A DNA stretch of 64,000 bases from Felis catus (GCF_018350175.1 NC_058373.1:111540001-111604000), one strand, 5' to 3'. Shown: positions 1 through 14,777, numbered from the stretch's first letter. Translations and numbers: made by a program. Notes: generated from the sequence alone by a model not told the origin.

Positions 1-173
1 GTAATGTTGGTATTTCATGATCTCTGCTTACTTCATTAACCTTTATTCTCAGTATTCCTAATTTACATTCTAAACTTCTGCTTTATTGAGCAATTTACAG
101 TTCTCCAGAAGCACCATGCTTCCTGCCTCTGTTCCCTTTGCACATTTTACTATTTTGATGAGTCAGCCCCATC

Positions 174-401
174 TTTGTTTTATTTTATTTTATTTTTATT
201 TTTTAATGTTTATTTATTTTTGAGAGAGACAGAGTGCGAGCACGGGAGGAGCAGAGTGAGAGGGAGACACAGAATCCAAAGCAGGCTCCAGGCTCTGAGC
301 TGTCAGCACGGAGCCTGACATGGGGCTCGAACTCACCAACCGTGAGATCATGACCTGAGCTGAAGTCGGATGCTTAACTGACTGAGCCACCCAGGTGCCC
401 C
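174..401 (-). mobile_element. CAN-SINE (SINEC_Fc type)
   Basis: Reverse-complemented tRNA-derived head (ccaggtgcccc), GA tract, T-rich tail, approximate TSD agccccatc. Confidence 0.92.
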
Positions 402-974
402 AGCCCCCATCGTTCCTAAGCATTTTTAGTGGGTCCTACTGGTCCGCTAAGACTCAACCCAAGCTTGTACTCTGAGAATCCTTTCCCGATTCCACTCAGT
501 TTTCCGTGTGGGAGTGTGTTCTCCTGGTACCTGTGGCTAACTCTAGTCATTTTACTTACCCCAGCATAATAAAGCTTTTTACAGTTGTTTCTTCAACTGA
601 ATCTTACGTATCTTGAGGGAGTGGACCATATCTTACTCAGCTCTGTATTATAGTGCCTACTTCAGAAGTTGGTCCCTTTAATAAAATGCCCTACAAATGA
701 ATGAGTGAATGAGCAAGTAAATGAACGTGACTGATTTGGGGAGCATTTGTATCTGACTAAAAATCATTCCTATATTCTTAGCTAGTAACTGTCATCTTAG
801 ACATGTTTATCATGCCTATTGTATCTTTGATCCCCTGTATTACCTTGGACATAGTGCATGTTGTATAAGTTAATTGGAATTTAGGATGATATTTTGTATA
901 AATCATACAATAGACATATTTATTTGTAGATATAATAATTTTATGATTGAAGGTTAGCATACTTAGGTACCGTC

Positions 975-1007
<33 letters not shown>

Positions 1008-1429
1008 TGTTGATCTGCCTTTTACCCCTTTGGTAAAAGTATTCCTTTTACATATTTGGGCTCCATTTAGGGCTGTGGGTTCCTTTGTATTGTGGATTTT
1101 TTTTGTGTTTATGATGTACATGGAGAATTCTTGTCAGTAATTACATAGTAGTTCCTTCTGAAATTTAGTATTCTCATGTCATTGTGGAAGATATTAACCA
1201 TAATATTTTTTGTAGGTCAGGTAACTATGATAGCCATCACTGTGAAAAAATATAAAAACCTACACTGCTCTTTATAACCAACAGGAAGACTTAATAAAGC
1301 TTTGACAAATGGCTTATAGACTCTAGACAATAGAAGTTATATTGAATTATTTGGATTGCTGAACATAATAAGCATAAAAGAGAAAGGAGAACGCTGAGTC
1401 AAATGTAATGCATTCAGCATCTATAATAA

Positions 1430-1703
1430 CTTTTTTTAAACGTTTATTTATGTTGAGAGAGCACGCAAGTATGTGCAAGTGGGGGAGGGGCAGAGAGTGA
1501 GCACAATAACTTTTCAAATTATTTTTAATGTTTATCTTTGAGAGAGAGAGAAAGGGGTGAGGGGCAGAGGAGGGGGGCAGAGGATCTGAAGTGGACTCTG
1601 TGCTGACAGCAGAGAGCCCGTTGAGGGGCTTGAACTCATGAACCGTGAGATCATGACCTGAGCTGAAGTTGGACGTTTAACTGACTGAGCCACCCAGGTG
1701 CCC
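1430..1703 (-). mobile_element. 5'-truncated CAN-SINE (about 1430-1503) followed by a complete CAN-SINE (about 1520-1703)
   Basis: Two tail plus GA segments; aataactttt flanks the short piece. Confidence 0.85.
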
Positions 1704-2469
1704 AGTAACTTGGTTTTTAATGGCTAATCAGCACATAGAGATCATTGGTGCTTCCCAATGTTGTTTTCATATGGAGGGTCTCATCTTTGTTGTGTAGAGT
1801 AGGCAGATATTTAAGAAAACAGTGTTTCACGTTTATTTTCTTTAAACTTTTTAAATTAGATCTGAATTAGGCAGCTAAGAATCTTTGTTTATTTCTTAAT
1901 ACCAAACCTTAAAACTCCTGATTCAAAAGATTAAAGAAAGTAAATTGCTATCTATCACGGCTGTTATTTGCTTATCAGGAACATTAAAAAATGTAACTTA
2001 GATGGAAAGATGATAGGTTCAGGTGGTAACAAAGAAGTAGAGAAAGTAAGTCAGATTGAAGACCTGTAAATTTGGAGCCAAGTTCTAATACCTTGATGCA
2101 TCCTGTGCCTAGGATATACATACATATATTTACATATATTACCTTTAATTTCAGGTGAGAATTATAGTTTACTTTGCCTAAGGTTCTTGTTCTACATCTT
2201 CTCAATACCTAACTCTTTAGTTTGTATATGTTTGCATTTAGCATACCGGCTTGTATGTACTGGCTTGAATGAAGTGAACTTCATTCATACATTCAGTCAG
2301 GCTGTCTAATTAGAGAAATTTGAAATTATATTCATCTCTGTTATTTAATTATTAACTAGGTGAGTTACTTATTCTTTCTGACCCTAGTTTCTTCATTTAT
2401 AAACCAAGAAATTAAACTTCTTGGTCAAAGTTTGTTTGGTTGGTTGGTTTGTTTTGTTTTGTTTTTTCA

Positions 2470-3060
2470 GGTCACAGAAATAAACTTGAGCACAAGATGG
2501 GATTCTTTTGTAAGAAATACATGGGTATCCTTTGGAACCCAAGGGCAGGATGCAAGTCAAAACCTTTTAGGAGTCTAGAAACAGAATTGGAAAGCTAATA
2601 GAAACCCAGACCTTTAATCTCTGTTTCTCTCTTTGTCTTTGCATTTGTTTCTCTGTCTCATCTGTCTGTGTCATCTCTCTATCTTCCTTATTTATGCTTT
2701 ATGTCTCCCATCTCATTTCTGATTCTCTTTGTGTATCTACCTAATTCTTCTCCCCCCGTCTTTCTGCAGATCACTTTTCATTGCTTTAGTGTGCACATGG
2801 CCAAACATCGGAATCCACAACTCTTCGATTTATATAACTTCAGTTTGAGTGACCAGCTGAGACTATGTCCTGGCTCTCAGTCTATATTCTAAATTTCCAG
2901 GAGAAAGAAACTAATTGGCCCAGCTTATCTCAGTTGTATACATCCTGCCCAATGAACTATGGGGAAGGGAGAAAGGGTTAGTTACATAGTACAAACATTG
3001 GCTACTCTTTAGGTAGTAGCAGGGGTTAGTGCTGAAAGAAGGTGGCTGGTGGCTGTCCAC
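2470..3060 (-). mobile_element. Old MaLR LTR (MLT1-like) with internal CT-rich expansion
   Basis: Motif attggcccagctt...cctgcccaatgaactatgggg resembles old MLT1 LTRs; boundaries approximate. Confidence 0.4.
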
Positions 3061-4394
3061 TTAATGCCTTATCTCGTTAGTGCTGCTGTGATCATTATAT
3101 TAAATAACACATGAAATATCTGTGAATTCCTAATAGGCAGCGGAGCTGAAGTAGTAGAGAATACTGTGTATCACCATAAAGTGGATGCCTCTCAAACATT
3201 AATTGTTTGACTTAATATTCCTGGGCAAAAGGAACAGTTATCACTCACTTTATAGGTGGTCACAGAAATGTAAAGCAACCTGGTTACTATTACAGAGTGA
3301 AGTAGTTTTAGACTTAGAATCTAAGTATGTAAATTTTCTCTTTCTTTTTATTAAAATGCACTTACTAAGTTCCTAATAGTATATGAAGCTATGCCAAGAA
3401 AATTACTTTGGCATTCCCCTGATCTCAAGAAGCATATAATTAAGATATGCATTAGACATTGCAGATAGCCAGTAAGAAATATTAGTCATGAAAGGGCTAC
3501 TGATGTACTTGGCATATAATGCAATTTTAGGGTGCACATATATGGGTTAGAATACAGTAGTAACATTACAGATGATATTGGGGTAGATATTGAAGTGTGG
3601 CCATGGGAATTACACGTCTCACCTGAGCAGAGTAAGTAGTGTCATTGATACAGTATATTCTGGGATGTAATGTGAAACCTTTTTAATGTTATTAAATATA
3701 TTATTTATATATATTAAATATATATTATTATATATATCAGATTCAAAACTTGAATGATTGTTTAAAATTGTAAAAACCCATGGTAGTTAATAATTAAGGG
3801 CTGTAGATTTCTAACCCTCATTACCAGTCTTTGAAAGGAAGGAAAGACCAAGAGATGGGCCTGCAGGGGTATTAATTGCATTGCTCATGCTGTCTCTGTC
3901 TGCTGTATCTGTGTGAAAGTGGAATAGTGAATACACTGTTAACTAATTGTAGGTCACATGTAGGCATGATCATTGATTCTTTTTAGTCATTAAGGTAGTT
4001 GTTGGTTACATTGTATATATTCATTGCAGGAGCTAATGCGTAGACTGGTAGAGGCCTAACCTTGAAGGTCTTTCTCTTTGTGATGGTAGAGAATAAATTC
4101 TCATTTATATTCAAACATGCACACAGCACTGGAATAAAATTCCTTTAAAGACTTTTCCAACACTCTAAAAAAAGATTGATTAGAGACTTTTTCAGAGGTA
4201 AGAGGGAGTGTTATCCTTTGTTCAGAAATATTAAGAAAATAACAGCAAATGGTGATTTCTTTGATAAGACAGCAAGTTAAAAAGAGACCATGATGATTGA
4301 ATTCATTAAAATGGTGTGCTGTGGTGTTAAGTATTATGAAATAGTTTTCAGATTTTGCGACAGCAGGTCGGAAAGTGACAAAATTACAGAACAA

Positions 4395-4615
4395 GGGGCG
4401 CCTGGGTGGCGCAGTCAGTTAAGTGTCCGACTTCAGCCAGGTCACGATCTCGCGGTGCGTGAGTTCGAGCCCCGCGTCAGGCTCTGGGCTGATGGCTCGG
4501 AGCCTGGAGCCTGTTTCCGATTCTGTGTCTCCCTCTCTCTCTGCCCCTCCCCCGTTCATGCTCTGTCTCTCTCTGTCCCAAAAATAAATAAACGTTGAAA
4601 AAAAATTAAAAAAAA
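4395..4615 (+). mobile_element. Young CAN-SINE (SINEC_Fc)
   Basis: Head ggggcgcctgggtggcgcagtc, CpGs retained, perfect TSD aaaattacagaacaa. Confidence 0.96.
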
Positions 4616-6635
4616 ATTACAGAACAAGGAGGAAATTATTTCATTAGCTTATATGTTGCTGTTGATTGTATATGCAATGAATCTAAGGAAAATTTGCAGA
4701 AAGATATATGGCTCCCTTTCCTGTAAGGAATAAAGCCTGGAGTAAGTAAAGCTTTCTGTTGATGATTTATCATTTTATATAAGACTTTGAAAGAGAGCCT
4801 ATAGGTCAGAGTAAAGTTAAGTTCTAAGTTTTAGGTGTGATTAAAATAGAAGATGCATGTTAAAGCAGTTAGAAAAAGAGATAATGGCTCATTATCCAAA
4901 GTTTACATTTAAAGTTTTAGAAAATTTTTCTTATGTTTTTGAATATTATCAAACATATATATAATTTTTTCAGTCAGATGGTATTTTGGGACTCTTGCCA
5001 TATTCCATACCTTTAAAATATTGGCCTGACACATGCATATGCATATGTGACCATACTCATTTCTTGAGGAAGGAATTAATATCAAAAAAGACTGTCAAAT
5101 AAATAAAAAAATTTTAATTGGATATTTATGTAAAGGAAATCAGAATGCATAAGGAAAATGGGAATATGGAGGCTGGAATAAAAATGTTATTTTAACACTC
5201 TTTCTTCTCTGTTGAAGCATAAAAATTTAGTGGATTTGTGAATGATATGCATTACCTCCTGCCTAAAGGACCAGTGTCATTCCATCAAGTTAGTACAGGC
5301 AGCCCTGCCTGAAATTAAAGGCACAGTTGTGGTTTTAGATATCATACAGTTAACTGCAAATCGACCAACTGCAATAGTGTGAGCAAAGTGACTATATGAC
5401 TATTCCTCTGGCTAGTAAAGATATTACTATTTACAAAATACAGCAGCAACATCAGTTAGTTGAGGGTTATGGCTCAAGTGCAGTGTATCATAGGGAATAT
5501 CCCTTTAAACCTATATTAACAAATTTCCTTAGCTTTGAAGTGAGGAGAGGTTTTAGGGCACTCTTTCCCCCCACCTCCCCTTCAAAGATGACAAATGGAG
5601 AATACCTTGCCTAGGGATCTTTAGAGTTTGTTAAATCACAAATCTCTGCCCCAAATTATTTCTATCATTTGAGGTATTAAACATCTTTCTTGACAGATTC
5701 TGTAAACTACATTTAGGTATGTAGTTCAGTCTCATATAAATACATTGTAACTTTCAGAATACAACACAGTCTAATACCATTTCTTACAAAAATAACTACC
5801 AAAGTTTACCTTTCAAGCAGCTGTTAGAATGACACATTAAACTTTTAATCTAAACTATCTATAATACTAGAATTTGAGTCAGTTGGCTTAGTTGGTGTCA
5901 AAGGGCAGGATGTTAAGGAAAAAGTCATGAATTGGTCCCCACCCCAAATTGTTAGATTTATCTGGGGGAAAATGTAGTTAGAGATAGGTAATTTTTAAAA
6001 ATCTTATATACATATATGTACATGTCTTATTGACTCCTTATCTCTCTTTGAATAGTGCCCATTTGAGAAGCGAGTTAAATTTTGTAGGAAAGAAAAGAAA
6101 AGAAAAGAAGTTACTCAAAACATATTGTTCCATTATCTTAGTTTATTAGTTTTCTGTTTCTGTGTAGCATATTGTTACCTTAGAATTATTTTGGGGTGTT
6201 TAATGAGATGACATCTGGCTTCCCCAGGATAAGTGATTGGAGAAAGTCAGAAGCTACAATGTTTTAAATGACCTAGCATCTGAAGTCATACTTCATCATT
6301 GGCAGTATCATATTAGTTACCACATAGGGCATATCTAGGGCGTATCTTGTGGAAGAGGAGTATGCAAGAGAGTGCGCACCAGGATGTGAGAATCATTCTG
6401 GGCCATCTTGTAGCCTTGCTACTACTATACCTCATACCATAAGTTACTTACATGTTCATAGAATTTGATAACTGTAGAGGATTTTAAGGGTTATCTCTGT
6501 TTACTCTCTCATTGTTACAACTGAAAGAATGGAATATTAGCCAACTGAGTATTTCCCCCAAGGTGATATGGATAGTTCCTGGCAGAGCCCAGACTAGAAC
6601 CTAAGCCTCTGAACTTCAAGACAAGTTGGTTTTTT

Positions 6636-6860
6636 TAAAAAAAAATTTTTTTTCAACGTTTTTTATTTATTTTTGGGACAGAGAGAGACAGAGCATGAGC
6701 GGGGGAGGGGCAGAGAGAGAGGGAGACACAGAATCAGAAACAGGCTCCAGGCTCTGAGCCATCAGCCCAGAGCCCGACGCGGGGCTCGAACTGCTGGACT
6801 GCGAGATCGTGACCTGGCTGAAGTCGGACGCTCAACCTACTGCGCCACCCAGGCGCCCCC
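6636..6860 (-). mobile_element. Young CAN-SINE (SINEC_Fc)
   Basis: CpG-rich, TSD aagttggttttttt. Confidence 0.96.
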
Positions 6861-6914
6861 AAGTTGGTTTTTTTAGACCTTATAATGTCACCATTGGTTC
6901 TACTAGCATATTAC

Positions 6915-7292
6915 TGTTACAGGAGGGTGGGAGAGATGCTGGTCCTTGTCTCACAGAGTCAAAGAATGAATCTCGCAGACAACAGAGTAAAGCAATAGAG
7001 TTTATTGAGAGAAAGTATCAAGCTCTCAAGAGTGAGAGGGGTCGCAACTGGGTGGCCGCTGAGGATTTTTGTCCCTGACTTTTTATTGGGACCTTATCAG
7101 AAAGTTTGTGAGATTTCATGCATGGCACCTAGACTGGGCAGGTCCAGAATACATTTATCTTAACCTCTTTTTCCCCAAACTCTGCTGCCTTTGCCAATTC
7201 CTCAGCCAGTTTCCTTCCCCCTTGCAGCTGCAGCCTGCCTTCCTGAAGGTCCCTTACTTCTTCCTACCTAATGTTAAACCTTTCCCCACTCA
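6915..7292 (-). mobile_element. ERV solo LTR (ERV1-like)
   Basis: TG...CA termini flanked by a 4-bp direct repeat TTAC; minus-strand AATAAA (tttatt near 7001). Confidence 0.7.
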
Positions 7293-7849
7293 TTACAATT
7301 TGGGAATCTACACAAACTAAATATTTAATTGTTTTAATAGATACTCTTAACTGTTTTTACATTTCTTGGTTAATTTATTTACAAATACTTCTATTTCATT
7401 TGCTTCCCAACTCCACTCTTGGGATATTCTCTCACTCTGTCCCCCACTTCTTCCCTCTTCTGTCGCTTTCAATTTTATGGTTCTCTACCTGAATAATGAT
7501 TGATTTGAAATGATAGCCAGAGTAAGGTGCTGACTATATGTCATATGAAGTAATAGGAAATAACATTAACGTGTACTTGTAAAAATGTAGATATTTTTAA
7601 GCTGCTTCTCTTTTGACACATGTATAGATGACTTGTATTTTTTATTACAATTTTAGACAAGGAGCAAAAAAAGTATAATTAAAGTGATTTTCTTATGTTT
7701 TTACACAAAAGTGAAGATTGAGGAGTGGCATGTGTAATTACCATATTTCCTTCAGAGATCATGGCTTTTGATTTCCTTGAAGCTCATAGAACTCGGCATA
7801 TGGTAGTCAGGTTGCCTTACCTCAGAAAGATACTTGCTTCATAGTATCT

Positions 7850-8560
7850 TGAAGCATAATTATTGAAACAACCAATAAAGTAGAAATAGCAAGGGATAGA
7901 AACAATAGATAAAAATTAAATTACTGATATTGAAGAAAGGCTTGACATAGTCACAAAAGGTAGGTGAAAAAGTAGGAAATTGAAGCACAGAGAATATGTT
8001 AGATATGGAGAACCAGCAGAGATCCAGCATTAAGATAATTGCATGATGTAGACAATGGAAAATGTGGAAGAGATAAATTATTCAAAGATATAATAAAGAA
8101 GCTTTCTCTGAAAAGAATAAGCAATTTAATCATCAAGTCAAAATAATATTTTGGGTCTTAGGGAATTTGATTGCCTGACATATCTAGGTTAAATGATAGA
8201 ATTAGAGTTTTGATATTTCTCCAATTATCAATAAAGAAGGGCGTTTCATTTCAAAGAGGGGGAAGGTGGGCTCTTCCCCACCTTGGTGAAGGTTGGTAAA
8301 CATCTTCCTAGGAGCAGTGAATGCTTAAAGCCATTTTAGCAATCTCTGTACACTTCTAAAATAAAGAAAATGTCATCCAGGAATATTATTCCAAGCCAAG
8401 ATACCATTCAAGTATAAATTCCATAGTCACATACTCCCAAATACCCATGGGTACTCTTGAGAAAAGTTCATTTAATTATAAAATCCAGCCAATTAAAAGA
8501 TAAAGCAATTTGGTAACAAAATTGGCAGTGACTCCATTTAAAATGAAATACTAGACATTT
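7850..8560 (+). mobile_element. Ancient L1/HAL1 ORF1-like remnant
   Basis: A-rich degenerate ORF1-like motifs (ttcaaagatataat.., aggaatattattccaagccaa..ttcaagtataaa). Confidence 0.4.
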
Positions 8561-9460
8561 ATGCAGTTTATGATTATGGAATTTAATATATTTGTTGTAA
8601 AGTTTGACAGTGCAAGTAATAGCATGCCCACATAATTTGGAGTGGAAATATGAGTATTCTTACGTCTCAGTTAATAATCTCTAAAATTAAAAATTTACTT
8701 ATGAAGACATGATCATTCCAGTCTGTTAATATTTTTTCACAATTTTTTAACCTTAGTCTTTTAGAAAATATCAATTTGAAATTGCGAAGTTCATGTATTT
8801 TCATTGAGGTTGTGCTTCTATTAACTTCAACGTATTCTTCTGTTAAATTAAGTGCATTATATAAAAAAGCACAAACAATATCAATTGGATACAATTTATA
8901 TAAAAAACTTTATTTCTGCATATGCATTGAAGTGGCTAGAATTATGTTAACTTAATGTAAATGATAGCTATTTTTGTATGATGGTATTTGAGGATTTTTT
9001 TCTAAATTTAAAAATTACTTTAGCCCTTTCAAATAGTATGTACAGACTTACACAAAAATTAGTAAAATATTTATAAATATTCAAAAAAGTTAATTTACTA
9101 TAAAATAAAATTTTCATATATTTAGGAAACAGTTATGACTCTTACATGTTGAAAAAAAGGCCCAGAAATGACATGTTTGATTCTTTGTCTACTGCTGTTT
9201 TTACTCTCTTAATGTGAGTAATAACACATGGAATTAAAATATTTCTAGGGTATTGGTATAGAACTACAGTGTGTTACAAAGAAAACAAATAATAGGCTCC
9301 ATGTGCTTGTATGTATGCATGTATAAAATAGGCTGAAAATTTTTAATAAGGCAACCTTACCTATTTAGTACATGTACTGTTAATATTTTGTGAATCAAAT
9401 TATATTGTTTAGGTAACATTTAGAAAACAAAGTTAGGCATAAAAGATGGCAACATAGTCT

Positions 9461-9650
9461 GTTTGTTTTTTTTTAATGTTTATTTTTGAGAGAGAGCGCA
9501 AGTGGGGCTGGGTCAGAGAGACAGGGGAACAGAGGATCTGAAGCAGATTCTGCACTGACAAGCCCAATGCGTGGCTCCAACTCATGAACAGTGAGATCAT
9601 GACCTGGGCCGAAGTGGGACACTCAACTGACTGAGCCACCCAGGCGCCCC
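9461..9650 (-). mobile_element. CAN-SINE
   Basis: SINE head and tail; degenerate TSD caacatagtct/cagcacagtct. Confidence 0.92.
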
Positions 9651-12159
9651 GGCAGCACAGTCTTAACACGGAATCTCATGGATTCTTGGACTTAAAGTAT
9701 TGCTAAATATGAATATTATTGTGTCTTAGATTTATACAACTAGTTTGTGTGTATGCATGCCTGATTTTATAAAAGCAAATGTGCCCCATGTATTTGCTGT
9801 GTAGTTATACATTACAAATTTGTTTGTTGACAACTGTGAATTACATAGCATTGGATGATAGTATAGCCATACTACTTTCAAGTTTTTGTTAAACCAAAAT
9901 AAGGATAACATACTATTTTTAAGTAGAGAGTCCACTGGACCTGATACAATCAACAGGTAATGGTAATTGGTTAATAGTACTATCTGCTTGTACAACAGTA
10001 ATTAGTATATTTGTATTCTGAAAAAGTTGTTTTTATAAGTTGAAGTGCTACTACCAACCTTCATTCACCCCAGGGAATATTTACACAATGTATTTTTAAA
10101 ACAGATATTCTTCTATTGTTTAAGAAACTGACCTTACCCACTGTTTTAGTTTAATTTCCCCTAAGCCTCCTTTCCCCTTAACCTGCTTTCTCACTTTTAC
10201 TTCCTATTCTCCTGTGTACCATATGCTCCAGCCATATACGATTATACTCGTGTTTCCTGAATACAGTGTGCTCCTTTCTACTGCCGTTCCTTTACTCACG
10301 CCCTGCCTTCTTGAAATGTCCTTTCCTTCTTCCATCACCCAACAAACTCTTCCTTAATTTTTGCGCCGGCTTAGATGTGGCTGCCTTTTTAAAGCTCCTC
10401 GGCTACATCAGACATTATTTGTCTCTTCTTGGTCTATTGGTCTAATCCAAACCCTCATACCAAAACATAACTGTTAATACATGTAGTATAATTTATAATT
10501 CATAATTTGTGTCTGACTTTTTCCACCAGGTTATGACTTCCTTAAGGATAGTAACTGTTTCTGATTCGTTTGTGCCCATAAGTACCTTGTGTGTAACAGG
10601 CACTTGGCAAATAGCTTTCTGTTTTTGAGGGTTTTTTTTTTTTTTGGAGTGAATTATGATTCTTAGTCCTATAGAGATCTTATTATCATTCTTTTCCTTT
10701 CTCCTTTCCTTTTCACCCCTCATTCTTCTTGTATCTCTCCATGCCCTTTTTCACTCCTTCTTACCCCTTTCCCTCTTCTCAGTTTTGTTCTTTAGAAAAG
10801 AAACATCTCTCTTAAATATAAAAATCTGTTAATAACATTATTTAACTGTGTGCACATAAGAAAAATAAGGAATAATGGGCCTATGTAAACTTGAAAGTAA
10901 AAATTAGGCACAGAGACTTACAATTCTACAGGGAACACCATTGGTACCTCCCAAATATTTACTTTGACATTTACCCTTTACTTGTCAAGGGCCTTGCCTT
11001 TAGTGTGTTTACTCAACGTTGTTCACCTTCACTCATTCAGTATGAAGACCTCTTTTCTCATTTCTTTTCCCTTCCTCTCACAGTAATAAAGGTATATGTA
11101 ATTTACTTTAATAATTTTTGACACAATAGGGAATTGCAGTTTTTTAAAAGGTGATTCAGAGGCATGGTAAAACATTTAAGTGGTATAAAAGGGTATATGG
11201 TGGCAAATAATTTTCTCCATCAACTCATTCTTCAACCCTTTGGTTCCTCTTCCCGTAAGTAATTGGCTCTATCGTGATCTTATATGTCTTTTCAGAGATA
11301 TCTTCCCTGTGAGGAAAGAAACAAATATATGACATATCAATGGAACACCTCACCTGTTGGAGTAATCTCCTAGCTATGTGTTTGGTGTTTGAGAGCTCTG
11401 CCTACTTGATTTGGTCCTTATAGATTCAATTTTTTTCTTTATAACTTCACAAAAATAAGAATCACTTGTTGACCGTGAGTTCATGGGCAGAAAATTTAAT
11501 ATTTTAATAACCACTTAAAACATGAAAACATTAGTTTGTGTGTATGCATGCCAAAGAATAGATACTAGTGGGAAGATCCTTTGAGAGGTCCCTTTCTCTT
11601 TCTCTCTCCCCTCTTTAGCAAATAATGGGGAATAATAATAATGCAAAAGGTTTTATTGCCTAGATGGCAGCATGATGGAACCCAGTGTGTCATTCATTCA
11701 CTTCCTAAAAGTGGATCAATGTCTGGAATACATTTAAGTATATGGGACAACTGCGGTTCTCTTATGAAGTAGGAACACAGTAAAAACCTATGATTCTTCA
11801 TTCCAGACAGAAGGTTTTAAGACACTACCACATAATCTTTGGTTTCAGTACCTCAGTAAAATCCTCCTTAAAACACTGTTTTAACAGTCTCCTGGTATTT
11901 GTTGGAAATAGGTTTCATATTCCAGGCTGGAATTACATGCCTGAGGGCAAATGATAGTAATGTTCTTTCACCTTCTTCTGCCACTCCATCTGTCTTGATG
12001 AAAATCTCCATGGGGAGAAGAGGTGGTGTTAGTGCTGTATTTTGGAGAATTTTACACATTTGTCATTTCATTGTAGGGGAATAACAAACAAAAGCATTTC
12101 AGTGTTTACTTGGGAAAATGTTATATCCTGCAGTTTGGGTTATTTTATCTATATTTTAT

Positions 12160-12161
<2 letters not shown>

Positions 12162-12193
<32 letters not shown>
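12162..12193. repeat. (CA)n microsatellite
   Basis: Direct reading. Confidence 0.95.
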
Positions 12194-12195
<2 letters not shown>

Positions 12196-12967
12196 GACAT
12201 AAAGTGCTGTGAAATAATAGAAGAAAATAGAAAGTACTTTGTTAATACTTTGGAAACAAAGACTGGGACCCTCTTATGGTCCCTCATAAGAATTATTATG
12301 TGAATACATTTGTTACTTAAATATTCAATTAGTAATTTAAAAATTTCCCATTTCAATATATAGAAACTCAAATTTACCTTTGAACTTGTTATTATTAGTC
12401 TATGTAGCTTTCTATTGGCCTGTCATTTGTTAGTATTTTCTATGAAAACAAAACAAACAAATAACAAAGTTGGTATTTAGTTCAGGTTTAGGTTGAAGTA
12501 TTTAAGATCATGAAAGGGACATAAAATTATGCTTCTGAGAGCTTATAACATATTTTATTTTATACCTTAGCCAGGCAGCAAGATGATATATAAATAAAAT
12601 CCAACTCTTTCTTCAAAAGGATTAACCCTCCATTGTTGATAATGTTTACCTCACTGGGGTTTTGTATAGCTTATTTAACATTGGCAAAGCAGCTTGAGAC
12701 CATTGGATTAAATGCAGTTAAGTTATTAAGGTTCGGTAGTGCTATTACAATTGTGGTTTTGCAAACTAATCATTTTTTCATTGGTGACTTGGGTGGAAGC
12801 TGAGGAAGATCTTTTATCTTGGTCTTAATTTCTAGGATAGTGCAACTTGAGGCTAGAAGGCTTTGCTTTATCCCATCTTTAATAGCTCAGCTGAAAATTA
12901 GTTGTCTTTCTCTTAATTCTGGTACATTAACCAAGGGGAATGTGCATTGTTAAAGTAGGCTTTTGTG

Positions 12968-13055
<88 letters not shown>

Positions 13056-13082
13056 CAGAGACAGACAGAGAGTTAGAGAGAG
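12968..13082. repeat. Compound (TG)n(AG)n(AGAGAC)n microsatellite
   Basis: Direct reading. Confidence 0.95.
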
Positions 13083-14777
13083 ATGTATAATGTAGTAGCA
13101 GCTTTACTGATATGGTTAACGCTGCAGACAAGTCACAAATTGATTATAACAATTCTTTGCATGACTGGGGTGTGATTTAAAGGGTGTAAAATTTATTACA
13201 AGATAAAAAAAGTTAACTGGGAATAAACAAAAGGTCATTGCTTGTGGATCTCACCTCCTAGTTCTTCAGGAAGTTTCCAGTTGCTTGTTAATTCAGGGAT
13301 TAATTATGAAGTCTTTTCTATAGCCTTGTGCATTTGCAGCCGTGTGTGCAACTGTTTTTTTGTCAGCCCCATTTTTAAAACAGGCACTGAATGCCTTTGG
13401 GTATATATGAGGATTTTTACTTTGGTTTTGTGTCATAATTATTTCTCTGCTGGAAAATAGTTCACAAAAAATGATTATGAGTTTGACTTGAAACACAAGT
13501 ATACATTTGTAATTCATGGACAAAAGCTTGAGCAGATTTGGTGAGGAAGAGAGAGTGACCTACGACCTATTTTTTCCCTTTATTCAAACATTGACTTTTT
13601 ATAGGGCATGTAATTGTGTTCTCTTAGAGAATGAAAATACACACGTGGCGAGGCCTTCCTTAATTATAAAAGGTATAAAAGGTTGTTCGAACCTCAACCG
13701 TAGGTGGAAAGCAAGAGGACTTTATCAGGAGATGGGCTCCCATTTAAGAAATGTCATTCTTTCATGCAAATAGCCTAGTTCTGTCTAATAATGATACTAA
13801 TGGACATTTCAGTTTGTCATAGGACAGTTCATCCTCCAGTACATAACCTCAAAAATTTTCAGGCATACTCAGTCACCTTTTCCTCTAAAATAATCCTTAT
13901 GGATCTGCTCTCAGTTGATTTATTGCAACTTTATTTGAACCTGAGTGGGTTGTCAGCCCGGGAACAATGCATTTCATGTATTTCTATCTTTTGTGGGAAA
14001 TATCCCTCTCTGTTACTTGTTGGGAAACTGTTTCTATTAAAGCATCATTTAATAGGCATTTCTTGAGCAGTTACACTGTGCCAGTACTAGGGCTGGGTCA
14101 TGCCATGTTTATGGAATTGAGTAAGACAAAGTAGCTGGTCTCCAAGCAGGGAATTATTTTTTGTGGATATATTGGGTGTGTTTTTGCCTTCCTTCCTTCC
14201 CTTTTTCCCCCCCTTCCTTCTTCCCTCCCTTCCTTTTATTTTCAAGCAACAGATAAAATTTGCAGTTATATTAATTTTTAACCTGATGCTATAGTGTGTC
14301 TTCACTGAGTCTTCCAGAAATTCCTTAGTGATGATAAGATGATTATTGTTTATAAAGTGCTTTTTGTTTTTCAAATGCAAGGCACTCATGTTACACACAT
14401 TATATTTCTTTTTATTTAACTGGAGAGGCATAATTGTTTGATTTCTCAATCAAAAAAAAACATAAAATTTCCATTGAATAGTTTCAGGATACCTTTTTTG
14501 CTCTTATAAGTAACTATTCACTGTCACAGCTAGTGGCTGGATGCAATCTACCAACATCTTTTCCTTCCTCCTTGTGGGTAGGTTGCCCTTTTGCTCATTT
14601 TCCATGTCTTACTGGCAGTTACCAAGTAGGTTCCAGTGCTGAGTCTTGATGTCCAGCTTACTATTCAGAAGATTGTTTGGCTCACTTCATATGGCTCTCA
14701 GCTGACTACCAAATAGGTTAGGCATTATGAACTACCAGTGTATGGTATAATTTAAGAAGTATGATATTAACCTGTTC

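Noticed and set aside
4395..4470. tRNA gene
   Set aside because: A tRNA-derived SINE head followed by SINE body, polyA and TSD; the same applies to the other copies.
11640..12084. Overlapping short ORFs in unique-looking sequence, a possible pseudogene
   Set aside because: No recognisable protein similarity or convincing splice signals; a BLASTX or Dfam search would be needed.
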